Origin: Streptosporangiaceae bacterium
GTDB lineage: Bacteria > Actinomycetota > Actinomycetes > Streptosporangiales > Streptosporangiaceae
DNA length: 64,000 nt
Direction: 5' to 3'
Assembly: GCA_035532295.1 (NCBI GenBank)
Contig: DATKRH010000242.1
Span: 2,295-66,294 of the forward strand
Position numbers and translations under genes: made by a program. Every line of letters begins with the position of its first letter. Positions within the stretch are counted from its first letter, which is position 1. Below the pieces are notes generated by a model. The model was not told the DNA's origin. It ran no database searches and saw nothing but the letters and a program-made list of their open reading frames with translations. This document shows, piece by piece, positions 23,606 through 33,942 of the stretch.

Positions 23606-24523
23606 CTACCGCCAGTCAGCCGGGACGGCGGCGAACGCCGCGGCCAGGGTCTCGCCGTAGATCTCGTCCGGGTTCAGCCGCCGCAGTTCCTCGGCGAGCA
23701 GTTCGGCCGTGTCCCGCCGCTGCAGCGCGACGTGCCGGTCCGGCTGGCCCGGCCGGCTCAGCGTCGCGGTGCGGCCATCTGGCCGGGTGATCGTGATCTC
23801 GCCGTCGTCGACGGCGAACGACACCCCCGTGATCCCGGGGCCGCCGGAGATTTCCCGGCTAACGGGCACGTCCAGGCGGCTGGACAGCCAGGCCGCTAGC
23901 AGGTCGGCTGTCGGATTGCCCTCCTCGGCGGAGACGGTCCCGCCGCGGACGGCCTCGTCGGTCTGGTCGATCGTGGCGGCGAGCAGGGATCGCCACGACG
24001 TCGCCCTCGTCCAGCTCAGGTCCGTGTCGCCGGGCCGGTAGGCCAGGGCGAGCCCGTGCAGCGCCTCGGCCGGGCTGCTGGCCGCGGCGGCATCGGTCAC
24101 GCGACGCTGCGCCAGGGCCCCCAGCGGCTCGCCCGAGGGGACATCAGGGCCGTTGCCCGGCCACCAGGTGACCACCGGCGTGTCGGGCACCAGCAGCGGC
24201 ATGACGACGGAGTCGGGGTGCAGGCTCATCGGCCCGTACAGGCGCAGCAGCACCGTCTGCCCGGCGGCGCCGTCACCGGACCTGATCTCCGCGTCCAGCC
24301 GGGACGACCCGCTGGAGCCGCGGCTGATCACGCCGAGTATCCGGCAGGGATGCTCCCGGCCGGCCTGGTTGGCCGCGCGCACCGCGTCGTGCTGCCGGGA
24401 CTCGTCGGTCATGATGATCAGGTTGAGCACCACGCCCGTCGTGGGACCGCCGAGCTGGTCCCTGGCCCTGGTCAGGGCGCCCCGGATCTCGCCGGTGGTG
24501 GTGTCGGTCAGGTCGATGAGCAT
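23606..24523 (-). CDS. opcA: Glucose-6-phosphate dehydrogenase assembly protein OpcA
   Basis: Conserved zwf-opcA-pgl order. TWWPG motif region (VVTWWPGNGPD). Confidence 0.88.
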   Translation of the reverse strand: MLIDLTDTTTGEIRGALTRARDQLGGPTTGVVLNLIIMTDESRQHDAVRAANQAGREHPCRILGVISRGSSGSSRLDAEIRSGDGAAGQTVLLRLYGPMSLHPDSVVMPLLVPDTPVVTWWPGNGPDVPSGEPLGALAQRRVTDAAAASSPAEALHGLALAYRPGDTDLSWTRATSWRSLLAATIDQTDEAVRGGTVSAEEGNPTADLLAAWLSSRLDVPVSREISGGPGITGVSFAVDDGEITITRPDGRTATLSRPGQPDRHVALQRRDTAELLAEELRRLNPDEIYGETLAAAFAAVPADWR

Positions 24524-24565
24524 GCGGCCTCTTCTTCGCTAGCAATCCCTGGCGGTCGCCGGCAC

Positions 24566-26116
24566 CTAGATTCGGCGCCAGGCCCGGCCGTCGCGCCCGA
24601 TCAGCGCGTCGGCGCCCGGCGGCCCCGCGGTGCCGGCCGGGTACTGTTCTGGCTTGTCGTGGCCGGCCCAGTACTCCTCGATCGGGTCGAGGATCTGCCA
24701 GGACAGCTCGACCTCCTCCTGGCGAGGGAACAGCGGGGGATCGCCGATGAGCACGTCCAGCAGCAGCCGCTCGTAGGCCTCGGGGCTCGACTCGGTGAAC
24801 GACTCGCCGTAGGCGAAGTCCATGTTCACGTCGCGGACCTCCATGGCCGAGCCGGGTACCTTGGAGCCGAACCTGACGGTCACGCCCTCGTCCGGCTGCA
24901 CCCTGATCACCAGGGCGTTCTGGCCGAGCTCCTCGGTGTCGGTGGCGGCGAATGGCAGGTGCGGCGCCCGCTGGAACAGCACCGCGATCTCCGTCATCCG
25001 GGACGGCAGCCGCTTGCCCGTGCGCAGGTAGAAGGGCACCCCCGCCCAGCGCCTGGTGTCGATGGTCAGCCGCAGCGCCGCGTAGGTCTCGGTGGTGGAG
25101 TCCGGGGCGATGCCGTCTTCCTCCAGGAAGCCGCGCACCTCGATGCCGCCCTGCCAGCCCGCGCCGTACTGGCCGCGGGCGGTGCCGATGGCCATGTCCT
25201 CGGGGATCTTGACCGCCGACAGCACCTTCTCCTTCTCCGCGCGCAGTGAGTCCGCCGAGAAGGAGACGGGCTCCTCCATCGCGGTCAGCGCCAGGAGCTG
25301 GAGCAGGTGGTTCTGGATGACGTCGCGCGCGGCCCCGATGCCGTCGTAGTATCCGGCGCGGCCGCCGATCCCGATGTCCTCGGCCATCGTGATCTGGACA
25401 TGGTCCACGTAGCTGCGGTTCCAGATCGGCTCGAACAGGGAGTTGGCAAAGCGCAGCGCCAGCAGGTTCTGGACGGTCTCCTTGCCGAGGTAGTGGTCGA
25501 TGCGGAAGACCGTCCCGGACGGGAAGACCGCGGACAGGATGTTGTTGAGCTCCCGCGCGCTGGCCAGGTCATGGCCGAACGGTTTCTCGATGACCACCCG
25601 CCGCCACGGCTTGCGGTCGCCGTTTGAATCAGCGCTGTCGCGCTCCGGCGGCGTGGACAGGCCGGACCGCTTGAGCTGCTGGACCACCTGCTGGAAGGCC
25701 TTGGGCGGGACGGACAGGTAGAACGCGTAGTTGCCGCCGGTCCCGCGCTCGGCGTCGAGCTGCGCGACGGTCTGGGCGAGCTGGTCGAAGGCAGCATCGT
25801 CGGCGAACTCGCCGGACACGAAGCGCACGCCCTCCGACAGCTGCTGCCAGACCTCCTCGCGGAACGGCGTCCGCGAATGCGCCTTCACCGCGTCGTGCGT
25901 GACCTGGGCGAAGTCCTCGTCCTCCCAGTCACGGCGAGCGAAGCCCACGAGCGAGAAGCCCGGCGGCAGCAGGCCGCGGTTGGCCAGGTCGTAGATGGCC
26001 GGGAGCAGCTTCTTGCTGGCCAGGTCCCCGGTCACGCCGAACAAGACGAGGACGCACGGCCCCGCGACCCGGGGGATCCGCCGGTCCCGCGGGTCGCGCA
26101 GCGGGTTGGGGATCAT
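24566..26116 (-). CDS. zwf: Glucose-6-phosphate dehydrogenase
   Basis: LVLFGVTGDLA NADP motif and RIDHYLGKE active site. ATG 26116 with GGAGGAC upstream; the longer ORF-track start at 26278 would overlap tal. Confidence 0.93.
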   Translation of the reverse strand: MIPNPLRDPRDRRIPRVAGPCVLVLFGVTGDLASKKLLPAIYDLANRGLLPPGFSLVGFARRDWEDEDFAQVTHDAVKAHSRTPFREEVWQQLSEGVRFVSGEFADDAAFDQLAQTVAQLDAERGTGGNYAFYLSVPPKAFQQVVQQLKRSGLSTPPERDSADSNGDRKPWRRVVIEKPFGHDLASARELNNILSAVFPSGTVFRIDHYLGKETVQNLLALRFANSLFEPIWNRSYVDHVQITMAEDIGIGGRAGYYDGIGAARDVIQNHLLQLLALTAMEEPVSFSADSLRAEKEKVLSAVKIPEDMAIGTARGQYGAGWQGGIEVRGFLEEDGIAPDSTTETYAALRLTIDTRRWAGVPFYLRTGKRLPSRMTEIAVLFQRAPHLPFAATDTEELGQNALVIRVQPDEGVTVRFGSKVPGSAMEVRDVNMDFAYGESFTESSPEAYERLLLDVLIGDPPLFPRQEEVELSWQILDPIEEYWAGHDKPEQYPAGTAGPPGADALIGRDGRAWRRI

Positions 26117-26156
26117 CGCCGTCCTCCGGTCGTCAGCTTTCGCGCGGGCCAGTTCG

Positions 26157-27281
26157 TCACAGGCTGCCCTTAGCGGCCATTTCGGACTTGATGGTGTCCA
26201 GCAGCTGGTTCCAGGAGGTGGCGAACTTCTCCACGCCCTCGTCCTCCAGCACCTGCACCACGTCGTCGTAGCTGACACCGACGGCCGCGAGTTGCTCGAA
26301 GTACCGCCGGGCCCCGTCGTAGGTGCCGTGAATGGTGTCGCCGCGCACGTCGCCGTGGCCGGCTATCGCGTGCAGCGTCGGCTCGGGCATCGTGTTCACG
26401 GTCCCGGCCGCGACCAGGTCCGTGACGTACATGGTGTCCTTGTACGCGGGGTTCTTGGTGCTGGTCGACGCCCACAGCGGCCGCTGCGGGCGAGCGCCGC
26501 GGCCCTGGAGGGCCGCCCACCGGCTGGTGGCCGACCGCTGCTCGAACAGCTCGTAGGCCAGCCGCGCGTTCTCGATCGCGGCCCGGCCGCGCAGCGCCAG
26601 CGCGTCGGCCGAGCCGATCTTCTCCAGCCGCCCGTCCACCTCGGTGTCGACGCGGCTGACGAAGAACGACGCCACCGACGCGATGGCGCAGAGGTCGTGG
26701 CCGGCCGCGTCGGCGGCTTCCAGGCCCGCCATGTACGCGTCGATGACCTCGCCGTATCGTTCCAGCGAGAAGATCAGCGTGACGTTGACGCTGATACCCT
26801 GCGCAAGCGTCTGAGTGATCGCCGGCAGGCCCTCGGTCGTGGCGGGGATCTTGATATACATATTCGGCCGGTCCACCGCCCACCACAGCGCCTTCGCCTC
26901 GGCGATGGTCTTGACGCTGTCCCGCGCGATCCGCGGGTCGACCTCGATCGAGACTCGCCCGTCCAGGCCGCCGGAGGCGTCATAGGCCGGGCGCAGCACG
27001 TCCGCGGCCCAGCGGATGTCGTAGGTGGTGATGGCCCGGGATGCCTCGTCGAGGGTGACGTCGCGGATCTGCAGGTCGGCGATCTGCTCGTCGTAGGCGT
27101 CGCCCTTGGACAGGGCACTGGCGAAGATGGTGGGGTTGGACGTCACGCCAACGACATGGAAGTCGCGCATCAGCGCGGCCAGGTTGCCCGTGCGCAGCCG
27201 CTCCCGGCTGATGTCATCGAGCCACACTGCCACGCCGAGCGCGCTCAGCTGCCCCAGCTTGTCGTCGGGCTGGGTCGTCAT
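26157..27281 (-). CDS. tal: Transaldolase
   Basis: [13 protein letters not shown] and [13 protein letters not shown] motifs. Confidence 0.93.
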   Translation of the reverse strand: MTTQPDDKLGQLSALGVAVWLDDISRERLRTGNLAALMRDFHVVGVTSNPTIFASALSKGDAYDEQIADLQIRDVTLDEASRAITTYDIRWAADVLRPAYDASGGLDGRVSIEVDPRIARDSVKTIAEAKALWWAVDRPNMYIKIPATTEGLPAITQTLAQGISVNVTLIFSLERYGEVIDAYMAGLEAADAAGHDLCAIASVASFFVSRVDTEVDGRLEKIGSADALALRGRAAIENARLAYELFEQRSATSRWAALQGRGARPQRPLWASTSTKNPAYKDTMYVTDLVAAGTVNTMPEPTLHAIAGHGDVRGDTIHGTYDGARRYFEQLAAVGVSYDDVVQVLEDEGVEKFATSWNQLLDTIKSEMAAKGSL

Positions 27282-27340
27282 GACTTTCTCCTTCTAGCTT
27301 GCTCAATAGCTTCGGGGCTCGGCTGCTTCGGCGCAGCCTG

Positions 27341-29494
27341 CTACGGCGCAGACGGCGTCGGGGCGGCAGCCCCGCGCGCCCCGCGCGCCCCGCGCGCTCG
27401 CGCCAGGCTCGCCTGCGCTGCCTTCACTACGTGCTCGGCAGTCAGGCCGAATTCCTCGTACAGCTTCTGATAGTCGGCCGAAGCACCGAAATGCTCGAGG
27501 CTGACGCTCTCGCCGAGATCCCCGACGTACTCCCGCCAGCCCAGGGCAATGCCCGCCTCGACGCTGACCCGGGCCCGGACGCCAGCCGGCAGGACCTCTT
27601 CCCGGTAGGCCCCGCCCTGCTCCTTAAACCATTCGACACACGGCATCGATACCACCCGGGCCGCGACACCTTGCTCCTGGAGTTGCTCGCGCGCCGCCAG
27701 CGCGATCTGGACCTCGCTGCCGGTGCCGATGAGGATGACCTCGGGGCTGCCGCCGGCCGCCTCGGCGAGCACGTAACCGCCCCGCACGGTGCCGTCCGCG
27801 CTAGCCAGGCCGCCCGGCCCGGCCGACCTGTCGAACACCGGGACGTTCTGCCGGGTCAGGCACAGCCCGGCCGGATGATCGGTGCGCTCCAGGATCGTCC
27901 GCCAGGCGACCGCCGTCTCGTTGCCGTCGGCCGGCCGCACGATGTCCAGGCCCGGGATCGCGCGCAGCGACCATAGGTGCTCGACGGGCTGGTGGGTCGG
28001 GCCGTCCTCGCCCAGGCCGATCGAGTCATGGGTCCAGATGTAGGTGACCGGCTGCTTCATCAGCGCGGCCAGCCGGACCGCGCCCCGCATGTAGTCGCTG
28101 AACACCAGGAACGTGCCGCCGTAGGGCCGGGTGAGGCCGTGCAGCGCGATCCCGTTGAGGATGGCGCCCATCCCGTGCTCGCGGATGCCGAAGTGCAGCG
28201 TCCGCCCGTACGGGTTGCCGGGGAACATCTCGGTCTGGTGCTCGGTGGGGATGAAGGACGGCTCGCCCTTCATCGTGGTGTCGTTGCTGCCGGCCAGGTC
28301 GGCCGACCCGCCCCACAGCTCCGGCAGCACCGGCGCTAGCGCGCCGAGCACCTGCCCGGAGGCCGACCGGGTCGCGATTCCCTTCGCGCTGGGCTCGAAC
28401 GTGGGCAGCGCCTTGGTCCAGCCCGCCGGCAGCGCGCGGGCCGCCAGCCGGTCCAGCAGCTCGCGGCGGTCAGGGCTGGCCGCCGACCACGCCGCGAACC
28501 GCTCGTTCCAGCGCGCGTGCAACTGCTTGCCCCGCTCGGCCACCTGGCGGGCGCGGGCCAGCGTCTCGTCCTCGACCGGGAAGTCGGCCGCTGGGTCGAA
28601 GCCGAGGATCTGCTTGGTCGCGGCGACCTCGTCGGCCCCCAGGGCGGAGCCGTGCGCGGCGCCGGTGTTCTGCTTGTGCGGCGCGGGCCAGCCGATGATC
28701 GTCCGCAGCGAGATCAGCGAGGGCCCGGCCGTATGGTCGCGGGCCGCCTGGAACGCCTGGTACAGCGCCTCGACGTCCTCGGCGTAGCCCGTCGGGTGGC
28801 GCCAGTCCACCCGCTGCACGTGCCAGCCGTAGGCCTCGTAACGGGCGCAGACATCCTCGGACTTGGCGATGCTGGTGTCGTCCTCGATGGAGATGCTGTT
28901 GTCGTCGTAGAGCACCACCAGGTTCCCCAGCTCCTGGTGCCCGGCGATCGAGGACGCCTCGTGGGTGATGCCCTCCTCGATGTCTCCGTCCGAGGCGAAC
29001 ACGTAGATGTGGTGGTCGAACGGGCTGGTGCCCGGCTCGGCGTCCGGGTCGAGCAGGCCCCGCTCGCGGCGGGCGGCCATGGCCATGCCCACCGCCATGC
29101 TCAGGCCCTGGCCGAGCGGGCCGGTGGTGCACTCGACTCCCGGCGTCAGCCAGTGCTCGGGGTGACCCGGGGTCAGGCTGTCCCACGTCCGGTAGGCCTT
29201 CAGGTCATCCAGGGTCAGCCCGTAGCCGGACAGGTAGCTCTGGATGTACAGGGTCAGGCTGGAGTGCCCGCAGGACAGCACGAACCTGTCCCGGCCCTGC
29301 CAGGCGGCGTCGGACGGGTCGTGCCGCAGGACGCGCTGGAACAGCAGATAGGCGGCCGGGGCCAGGCTCATGGCGGTGCCCGGATGGCCCGATCCCGCTT
29401 TCTGGACCGCGTCCATGGCCAGGACCCGGACCAGGTCCACGGCCCGCCTGTCGGCCTGGGTCCACTCCAGCTCCGCGGGCATCTCGCTGCTCAC
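27341..29494 (-). CDS. tkt: Transketolase
   Basis: GSGHPG, SDGDIEEGITHEA (ThDP motif) and HDSIGLGEDGPTHQP. The C-terminal tail has ARG repeats. Confidence 0.95.
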   Translation of the reverse strand: MSSEMPAELEWTQADRRAVDLVRVLAMDAVQKAGSGHPGTAMSLAPAAYLLFQRVLRHDPSDAAWQGRDRFVLSCGHSSLTLYIQSYLSGYGLTLDDLKAYRTWDSLTPGHPEHWLTPGVECTTGPLGQGLSMAVGMAMAARRERGLLDPDAEPGTSPFDHHIYVFASDGDIEEGITHEASSIAGHQELGNLVVLYDDNSISIEDDTSIAKSEDVCARYEAYGWHVQRVDWRHPTGYAEDVEALYQAFQAARDHTAGPSLISLRTIIGWPAPHKQNTGAAHGSALGADEVAATKQILGFDPAADFPVEDETLARARQVAERGKQLHARWNERFAAWSAASPDRRELLDRLAARALPAGWTKALPTFEPSAKGIATRSASGQVLGALAPVLPELWGGSADLAGSNDTTMKGEPSFIPTEHQTEMFPGNPYGRTLHFGIREHGMGAILNGIALHGLTRPYGGTFLVFSDYMRGAVRLAALMKQPVTYIWTHDSIGLGEDGPTHQPVEHLWSLRAIPGLDIVRPADGNETAVAWRTILERTDHPAGLCLTRQNVPVFDRSAGPGGLASADGTVRGGYVLAEAAGGSPEVILIGTGSEVQIALAAREQLQEQGVAARVVSMPCVEWFKEQGGAYREEVLPAGVRARVSVEAGIALGWREYVGDLGESVSLEHFGASADYQKLYEEFGLTAEHVVKAAQASLARARGARGARGAAAPTPSAP
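27370..27396 (-). repeat. 9-bp tandem repeat x3 (ccccgcgcg) encoding the ARG-repeat tail of tkt
   Basis: Read directly from the sequence. Confidence 0.9.
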
Positions 29495-29549
29495 CTTGGC
29501 TCAGGCCTCCCTGCTCTTTATGCGCCATTCCTCTTTACGGACCGACCTT

Positions 29550-29591
29550 ATCCCGGACCCGCCACGCGTAATCCCGGACGCGCCACGCGTC
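29550..29591 (-). promoter_or_regulatory. Two tandem 21-bp direct repeats upstream of tkt, each containing ACGCGT
   Basis: atcccggacccgccacgcgta then atcccggacgcgccacgcgtc (2 mismatches). They lie 56-97 nt upstream of the tkt start codon, in the ctaA-tkt spacer. Confidence 0.3.
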
Positions 29592-29604
29592 ACCTGCCGC
29601 GCGG

Positions 29605-30630
29605 TCACTGCGCTAGCTGACCGCGGTCGCGGAGCGCATACGGCAGCAGCAGGACGGTCACCCAGATCGCGGTCGCCCCGGTCTCGTGCACCCAGACCAG
29701 GCCGGCCGGCAGCCCGCTGAAGTACTGCGAATAGCCGACCGCGCCCTGCACGAGGATCAGGCCGACCAGCAGCCAGCCCAGCCGCACCGCCCGGCGCGGC
29801 GCGGCCGACAGGCGCATGGCCACCATCAGCGCGACGACCAGCCCGCCGAGCAGCCAGCCGATGTCGGCGTGCAACTGGGTCACGCCGGTCAGCGGCAGCG
29901 GGTACCTGGGCACCGACCGGGCGCCGGCCAGGGGCCCCGTTCCGGTGACGACCGTGCCGGCCGTCAGCATCAGCGCGATGGTGCCCACCAGGGCGAGCGA
30001 CAGCAGTCGCACCTCCGGGCGGACCAGCGGCCGGGCCGGGCCGGCGGGCTCCTGGCACCGGACATACAGCGCGACCGCCGCCGCGATCAGTGCCGCCGAG
30101 GCCAGGAAATGTACCGATACCCAGGCCGGATTGAGCTTGGTCAGCACGACGATGCCACCCAGCACGGCCTGCACCACGATCGCGCCGGGCTGCGCGACCG
30201 CCAGCCAGACCAGGTCCTTGCGGCGGCGGCCGTCCGGACCGGGACGGAACCGCCACGCCGCGACGCAGACAACCACGGCGATAACGAAGATCGCGATGGT
30301 CACCAGCCGGTTGCCGAACTCGATCCACCGGTGGACCAAAGAGCCGCCGGTGTCGCCGCCGGCCACCAGGCTGCGCGCCGTGCACTGCGGCCAGTCGGGA
30401 CAGCCGAGGCCGGACTGGCTGAGCCGCACCGCGGCGCCGGTCAGGATGATGGCGGCCGAGGCCGCGACCCCGGCGAGCGCGATCCGCCGCATGACCGCCG
30501 GGGATGGGTCCGCCACGATGTCCGCCAGGCTCCGCGCCCAGCGCGCCCAGCGCGGCCGGTGCGATCCGCCCAGCGTGGCCGGCGCGGCCGGGCTCGCGGC
30601 CGGCGGCGGAGTGGCAAGATGTCCGGGCAC
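29605..30630 (-). CDS. ctaA: Heme A synthase (COX15/CtaA family)
   Basis: RLSQSGLGCPDWPQC motif plus multiple TM segments. I chose GTG 30630 because the 615-aa ORF-track version runs over the EamA gene. The start is uncertain. Confidence 0.85.
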   Translation of the reverse strand: MPGHLATPPPAASPAAPATLGGSHRPRWARWARSLADIVADPSPAVMRRIALAGVAASAAIILTGAAVRLSQSGLGCPDWPQCTARSLVAGGDTGGSLVHRWIEFGNRLVTIAIFVIAVVVCVAAWRFRPGPDGRRRKDLVWLAVAQPGAIVVQAVLGGIVVLTKLNPAWVSVHFLASAALIAAAVALYVRCQEPAGPARPLVRPEVRLLSLALVGTIALMLTAGTVVTGTGPLAGARSVPRYPLPLTGVTQLHADIGWLLGGLVVALMVAMRLSAAPRRAVRLGWLLVGLILVQGAVGYSQYFSGLPAGLVWVHETGATAIWVTVLLLPYALRDRGQLAQ

Positions 30631-30656
30631 GAGCCCATCGTAGGACCGCGCGCGGA

Positions 30657-31547
30657 CTAGCTGGCCGGCGGTTGGGGCATTCCGGTCCCGGGCTCCGCCC
30701 GGTGATCTCGCGGGCTGCCGCGGGCGGCCCCGGCGCTGGCCACGGTCACGCAGGCGATGGCCAGCCACTGCCGGGCGGCCAGCGCCTCGCCGAGCACGAT
30801 CAGGCCCACCAGCGCGGCGACGGCCGGCTCCAGGCTCATCCAGATGCCGAAGACCCGGGCCGGGACGCGGCGCAGCGCCTCGAGCTCCAGTCGGTAGGGG
30901 ATGACCGAGGAGAGCAGCCCGATCCCCAGGCCGGCCGCCAGCACGCCGGGGCGCAGCAGCGCCGGGCCGCTGTCGGCGATGGCCGCCGGGGTCACCACAA
31001 CGGCGGCCACCAGCATCGCGATGACCAGGCCGGAGGACCCGCCGAACCGCTGGCCCGTGGACCGGCTCAGCAGGATGTAGGCGGCCCACGTGGCGGCGGC
31101 CACCAGCGCGAACACCACTCCCGCGAGGGCCGCCCCGCCCGAGATGCCCGCGAACCCGCCGCGGGTGAGCAGGGCGACGCCGGCGCCGGCCAGGACCACC
31201 CAGACCGCGTCGACCAGCCGCCGGGACGAGGCGACGGCGACGGCCAGCGGGCCCAGGAACTCGATCGTCACCGCGACGCCCAGCGGGATGCGGGCGAACG
31301 ACTGGTAGATCGAGTAGTTCATGACACCCAGCGTCACGCCGAAGGCCAGGACGACCGCGGCGTCCCGCCAGGCTCGGTTCGCGATGATCGCGCGCACCGC
31401 GGCGGCCAGGCCGCGGCCGCCGACGGCGGCCAGGATGGCCGCCGCCCACCACAGCCGCACGCCGGTGATCCCGGCGGCGGCGACCTGGCTGAACATCCGC
31501 CCGGCCAGCCCGGCGCCGAGCTGCACGGAGACGATCCCGGTGAGCAC
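30657..31547 (-). CDS. EamA/RhaT-family (DMT superfamily) transporter
   Basis: About ten hydrophobic segments in a duplicated EamA-like arrangement (…YSIYQSFARIPLGVAVTIEFLGPL…). Confidence 0.8.
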   Translation of the reverse strand: MLTGIVSVQLGAGLAGRMFSQVAAAGITGVRLWWAAAILAAVGGRGLAAAVRAIIANRAWRDAAVVLAFGVTLGVMNYSIYQSFARIPLGVAVTIEFLGPLAVAVASSRRLVDAVWVVLAGAGVALLTRGGFAGISGGAALAGVVFALVAAATWAAYILLSRSTGQRFGGSSGLVIAMLVAAVVVTPAAIADSGPALLRPGVLAAGLGIGLLSSVIPYRLELEALRRVPARVFGIWMSLEPAVAALVGLIVLGEALAARQWLAIACVTVASAGAARGSPRDHRAEPGTGMPQPPAS

Positions 31548-31643
31548 CAGCGCCGATGGCGGGACGCCGCCAGGTCCCGGCCGCCGGCGGCTCCTGGCCG
31601 CCGCGGTGCCGCTGTCCGGGCTCGCCTGCCGCGCGGGGACGGC

Positions 31644-32426
31644 CTACTCCCAGCGGAAGGTGCGCGCGGCGATGGCGATGGTGACGGCCGCCCAGGCGAT
31701 CAGCACCAGCAGATCCGCGGCCGGCAGGCCGCCGCCGTGGGCCAGGGACATGCGCAGGCCGTCCGCGAGCGCGCCGGCCGGCAGCAGCTTGAGCTCGGGC
31801 TGGATCGCGGCCGGGAACTTGTCGAGTGGGAAGACCACCCCGCCTATTCCCAGCATGACCAGGTAGAGCAGGTTCGCCGCCGCCAGCGTCGCCTCGGCCC
31901 GCAACGTCCCCGCCAGCAGCAGCGCCAGGCCGCTGAAGGCGGCCGTGCCGGCCAGCACGAGCAGCAGCGCCCAGGCCACGCCGGCCGGGCTCGTCCGCGG
32001 CTGCCAGCCCAGCACCGCGCCCAGGCCCGCGATCACGATCACCTGCAGCGCCTCGACGGCCAGCACGCTCAGCGTCTTGGCGGCGATCAGGCCGCCGCGC
32101 GACAGCGGCGACGCGCCGAGCCGCTTCAGCACGCCGTAGCGGCGCTCGAAGCCGGTCGCGATCGCCTGGCTGGTGAAGGCCGTCGACATGACCGCGAGCG
32201 CGAGAATGCCCGGCACCACGAAGTCGATCCGGCTGCCGCTGATGCTGACCAGCGGCTCATGGCCGAACGCGAGCAGCAGCAGAACCGGGATGATCAGCGT
32301 CAGCAGCAGCTGCTCGCCGTTACGGAGCAGGATCCGCAGCTCCATCCCCGCCTGCGCGGCGACCATCCGCGGCAGCGGCGCGGCGCCGGGCGCCGGGGGC
32401 GGCCACCGCGCCAGGGTGTCGGTCAT
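31644..32426 (-). CDS. ABC-2 type transporter permease
   Basis: Six TM segments. MTDT start forms an ATGA overlap with the upstream ATPase stop. Confidence 0.85.
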   Translation of the reverse strand: MTDTLARWPPPAPGAAPLPRMVAAQAGMELRILLRNGEQLLLTLIIPVLLLLAFGHEPLVSISGSRIDFVVPGILALAVMSTAFTSQAIATGFERRYGVLKRLGASPLSRGGLIAAKTLSVLAVEALQVIVIAGLGAVLGWQPRTSPAGVAWALLLVLAGTAAFSGLALLLAGTLRAEATLAAANLLYLVMLGIGGVVFPLDKFPAAIQPELKLLPAGALADGLRMSLAHGGGLPAADLLVLIAWAAVTIAIAARTFRWE

Positions 32427-33388
32427 GATCGCAGCTCCCGTCCGGTCAGCTCGAGGAAGACGTCCTCGAGCGTGCGGCTCTCGATGCGCAGGCTCTGGGC
32501 GAGGATGCCGCGCTCCGCGCACCAGGCGGTGACCGTGGCGACGAGCCGGGGATCAACGCCGTCGGTCACCTCGATCATGTAGTGCCCGGCGGGCGACTCC
32601 TTGGCCGCGCTGCCGGCGGGCAGCGCCGCCAGCAGGGCCTCGATGTCCAGGCCCGGCTCGGCCCGGAACCGCAGCTGCCCGGACGAGCCGCACAGCTCGT
32701 CGAGCGTGCCGGCCACCGCCAGCCGCCCGTGGTCGACGATGACGATGCGGTCGGCGAGGCGCTCGGCCTCTTCCATGTAGTGCGTGGCCAGGATCACTGC
32801 CGTGCCGGCGGCCCGCAGTCCCTCGATCAACTCCCAGGTGGCGTGCCGGGCCTGCGGGTCCAGGCCAGCGGTCGGCTCGTCGAGGAACACCAGCTCGGGA
32901 CGGCCGACGACCGCGGCGGCCAGCGACAGCCGCTGCTGCTGGCCGCCGGACAGGCGGCGGAACGGTGTCCGGCCGCAGCCCTCCAGGCCGAGCATCGCCA
33001 GCAGCAGGGCCGGGTCGATGGGATGGGCGTAGAAACTCGCCATCACGCGCAGGTACTCGCTCGCCCTGGCGGCCGTGGGGATGCCGCCGGACTGCAGCAT
33101 GACGCCGACCCGGGGGCGGAGCTCGCGAGCATCGCGCACCGGGTCGAGCCCCAGGACGGCGACGGTGCCGTCGTCGGGCCGCCGGTAGCCCTCGCAGATC
33201 TCGATGGTGGTGGTCTTGCCGGCGCCGTTCGGCCCCAGGATCGCGGTTACCTGGGCCCGGCCCGCGGTCAGCGAGAGGCCGTCCACGGCGGGCTTGCCGC
33301 CGTAATGCTTGACCAGGCCGCGGATGTCGACGGCCGGAGCGCTGCTCACGCTGGCGAGTCTAGGGTTCGCCCGGCGCTGCCCCGCCAT
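32423..33388 (-). CDS. ABC transporter ATP-binding protein
   Basis: Walker A GPNGAGKTT, signature LSGGQQQRL and Walker B LVFLDEPT. Confidence 0.92.
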   Translation of the reverse strand: MAGQRRANPRLASVSSAPAVDIRGLVKHYGGKPAVDGLSLTAGRAQVTAILGPNGAGKTTTIEICEGYRRPDDGTVAVLGLDPVRDARELRPRVGVMLQSGGIPTAARASEYLRVMASFYAHPIDPALLLAMLGLEGCGRTPFRRLSGGQQQRLSLAAAVVGRPELVFLDEPTAGLDPQARHATWELIEGLRAAGTAVILATHYMEEAERLADRIVIVDHGRLAVAGTLDELCGSSGQLRFRAEPGLDIEALLAALPAGSAAKESPAGHYMIEVTDGVDPRLVATVTAWCAERGILAQSLRIESRTLEDVFLELTGRELRS

Positions 33389-33420
33389 GGGCCGGCCGGC
33401 AGGCGGCCGCCAGGCGGCCG

Positions 33421-33942
33421 GTGCGGCGGCCGGCCCATGAGAGCCTGGAGCGCGTGAATATCTCCCCCGCCACCCCCCGCACCCCCCGCCGCGCCGGCCG
33501 CGTGCTGGTGATCGACCCCGACGGCCGGGTCCTGCTGCTGCAGGGATTCGATCCGGCGGTCCCGCAGCGGCGGTTCTGGTTCACGATCGGCGGGGGAGCG
33601 GACCCCGGCGAGACCCTGGTTCAGGCCGCGGCCCGGGAGCTGCGCGAGGAATCCGGCATCACCGCCGAGCCCGCCGCCCTCGGCGAGCCGGTCTGGCGGC
33701 GGGTCGCCGAGTTCAGCTATGACGGCCGGCGCTACCGGCAGGACGAGGAGTACTTCCTGCTGCGCACTGGCGTGGTGGAGATCACCCTGGACGGGCTGGA
33801 GGAAGCCGAGCAGCAGACGGTCATCGCGCACCGGTGGTGGGGCGCCGACGAGCTGGTCGCCTCGGGCGAGCCGTTCGTTCCGCTCGAGCTGCCCGCCCTG
33901 CTGCGCGAGCTGGCCTGCCCCGCTCACGAGGCGGCGCGATGA
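33421..33942 (+). CDS. NUDIX hydrolase
   Basis: Nudix box GGGADPGETLVQAAARELREESGI. Start uncertain. Confidence 0.8.
   Translation: MRRPAHESLERVNISPATPRTPRRAGRVLVIDPDGRVLLLQGFDPAVPQRRFWFTIGGGADPGETLVQAAARELREESGITAEPAALGEPVWRRVAEFSYDGRRYRQDEEYFLLRTGVVEITLDGLEEAEQQTVIAHRWWGADELVASGEPFVPLELPALLRELACPAHEAAR

Noticed and set aside
24056-27470. 397-aa and 491-aa plus-strand ORFs (24056..25249 and 25995..27470)
   Set aside because: They are antisense to opcA, zwf and tal. These are shadow ORFs.
29605-31452. 615-aa version of the ctaA ORF
   Set aside because: The upstream ~270 codons overlap the well-supported EamA transporter gene in another frame and are Arg/Gly/Pro-rich. The CtaA homology starts near ...RWARSLADIV..., so I shortened it to GTG 30630.
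30504-32582. 692-aa plus-strand ORF
   Set aside because: It is antisense to the EamA transporter and ABC-2 permease genes. It is extremely Arg/Gly/Asp/Gln-rich and non-protein-like.
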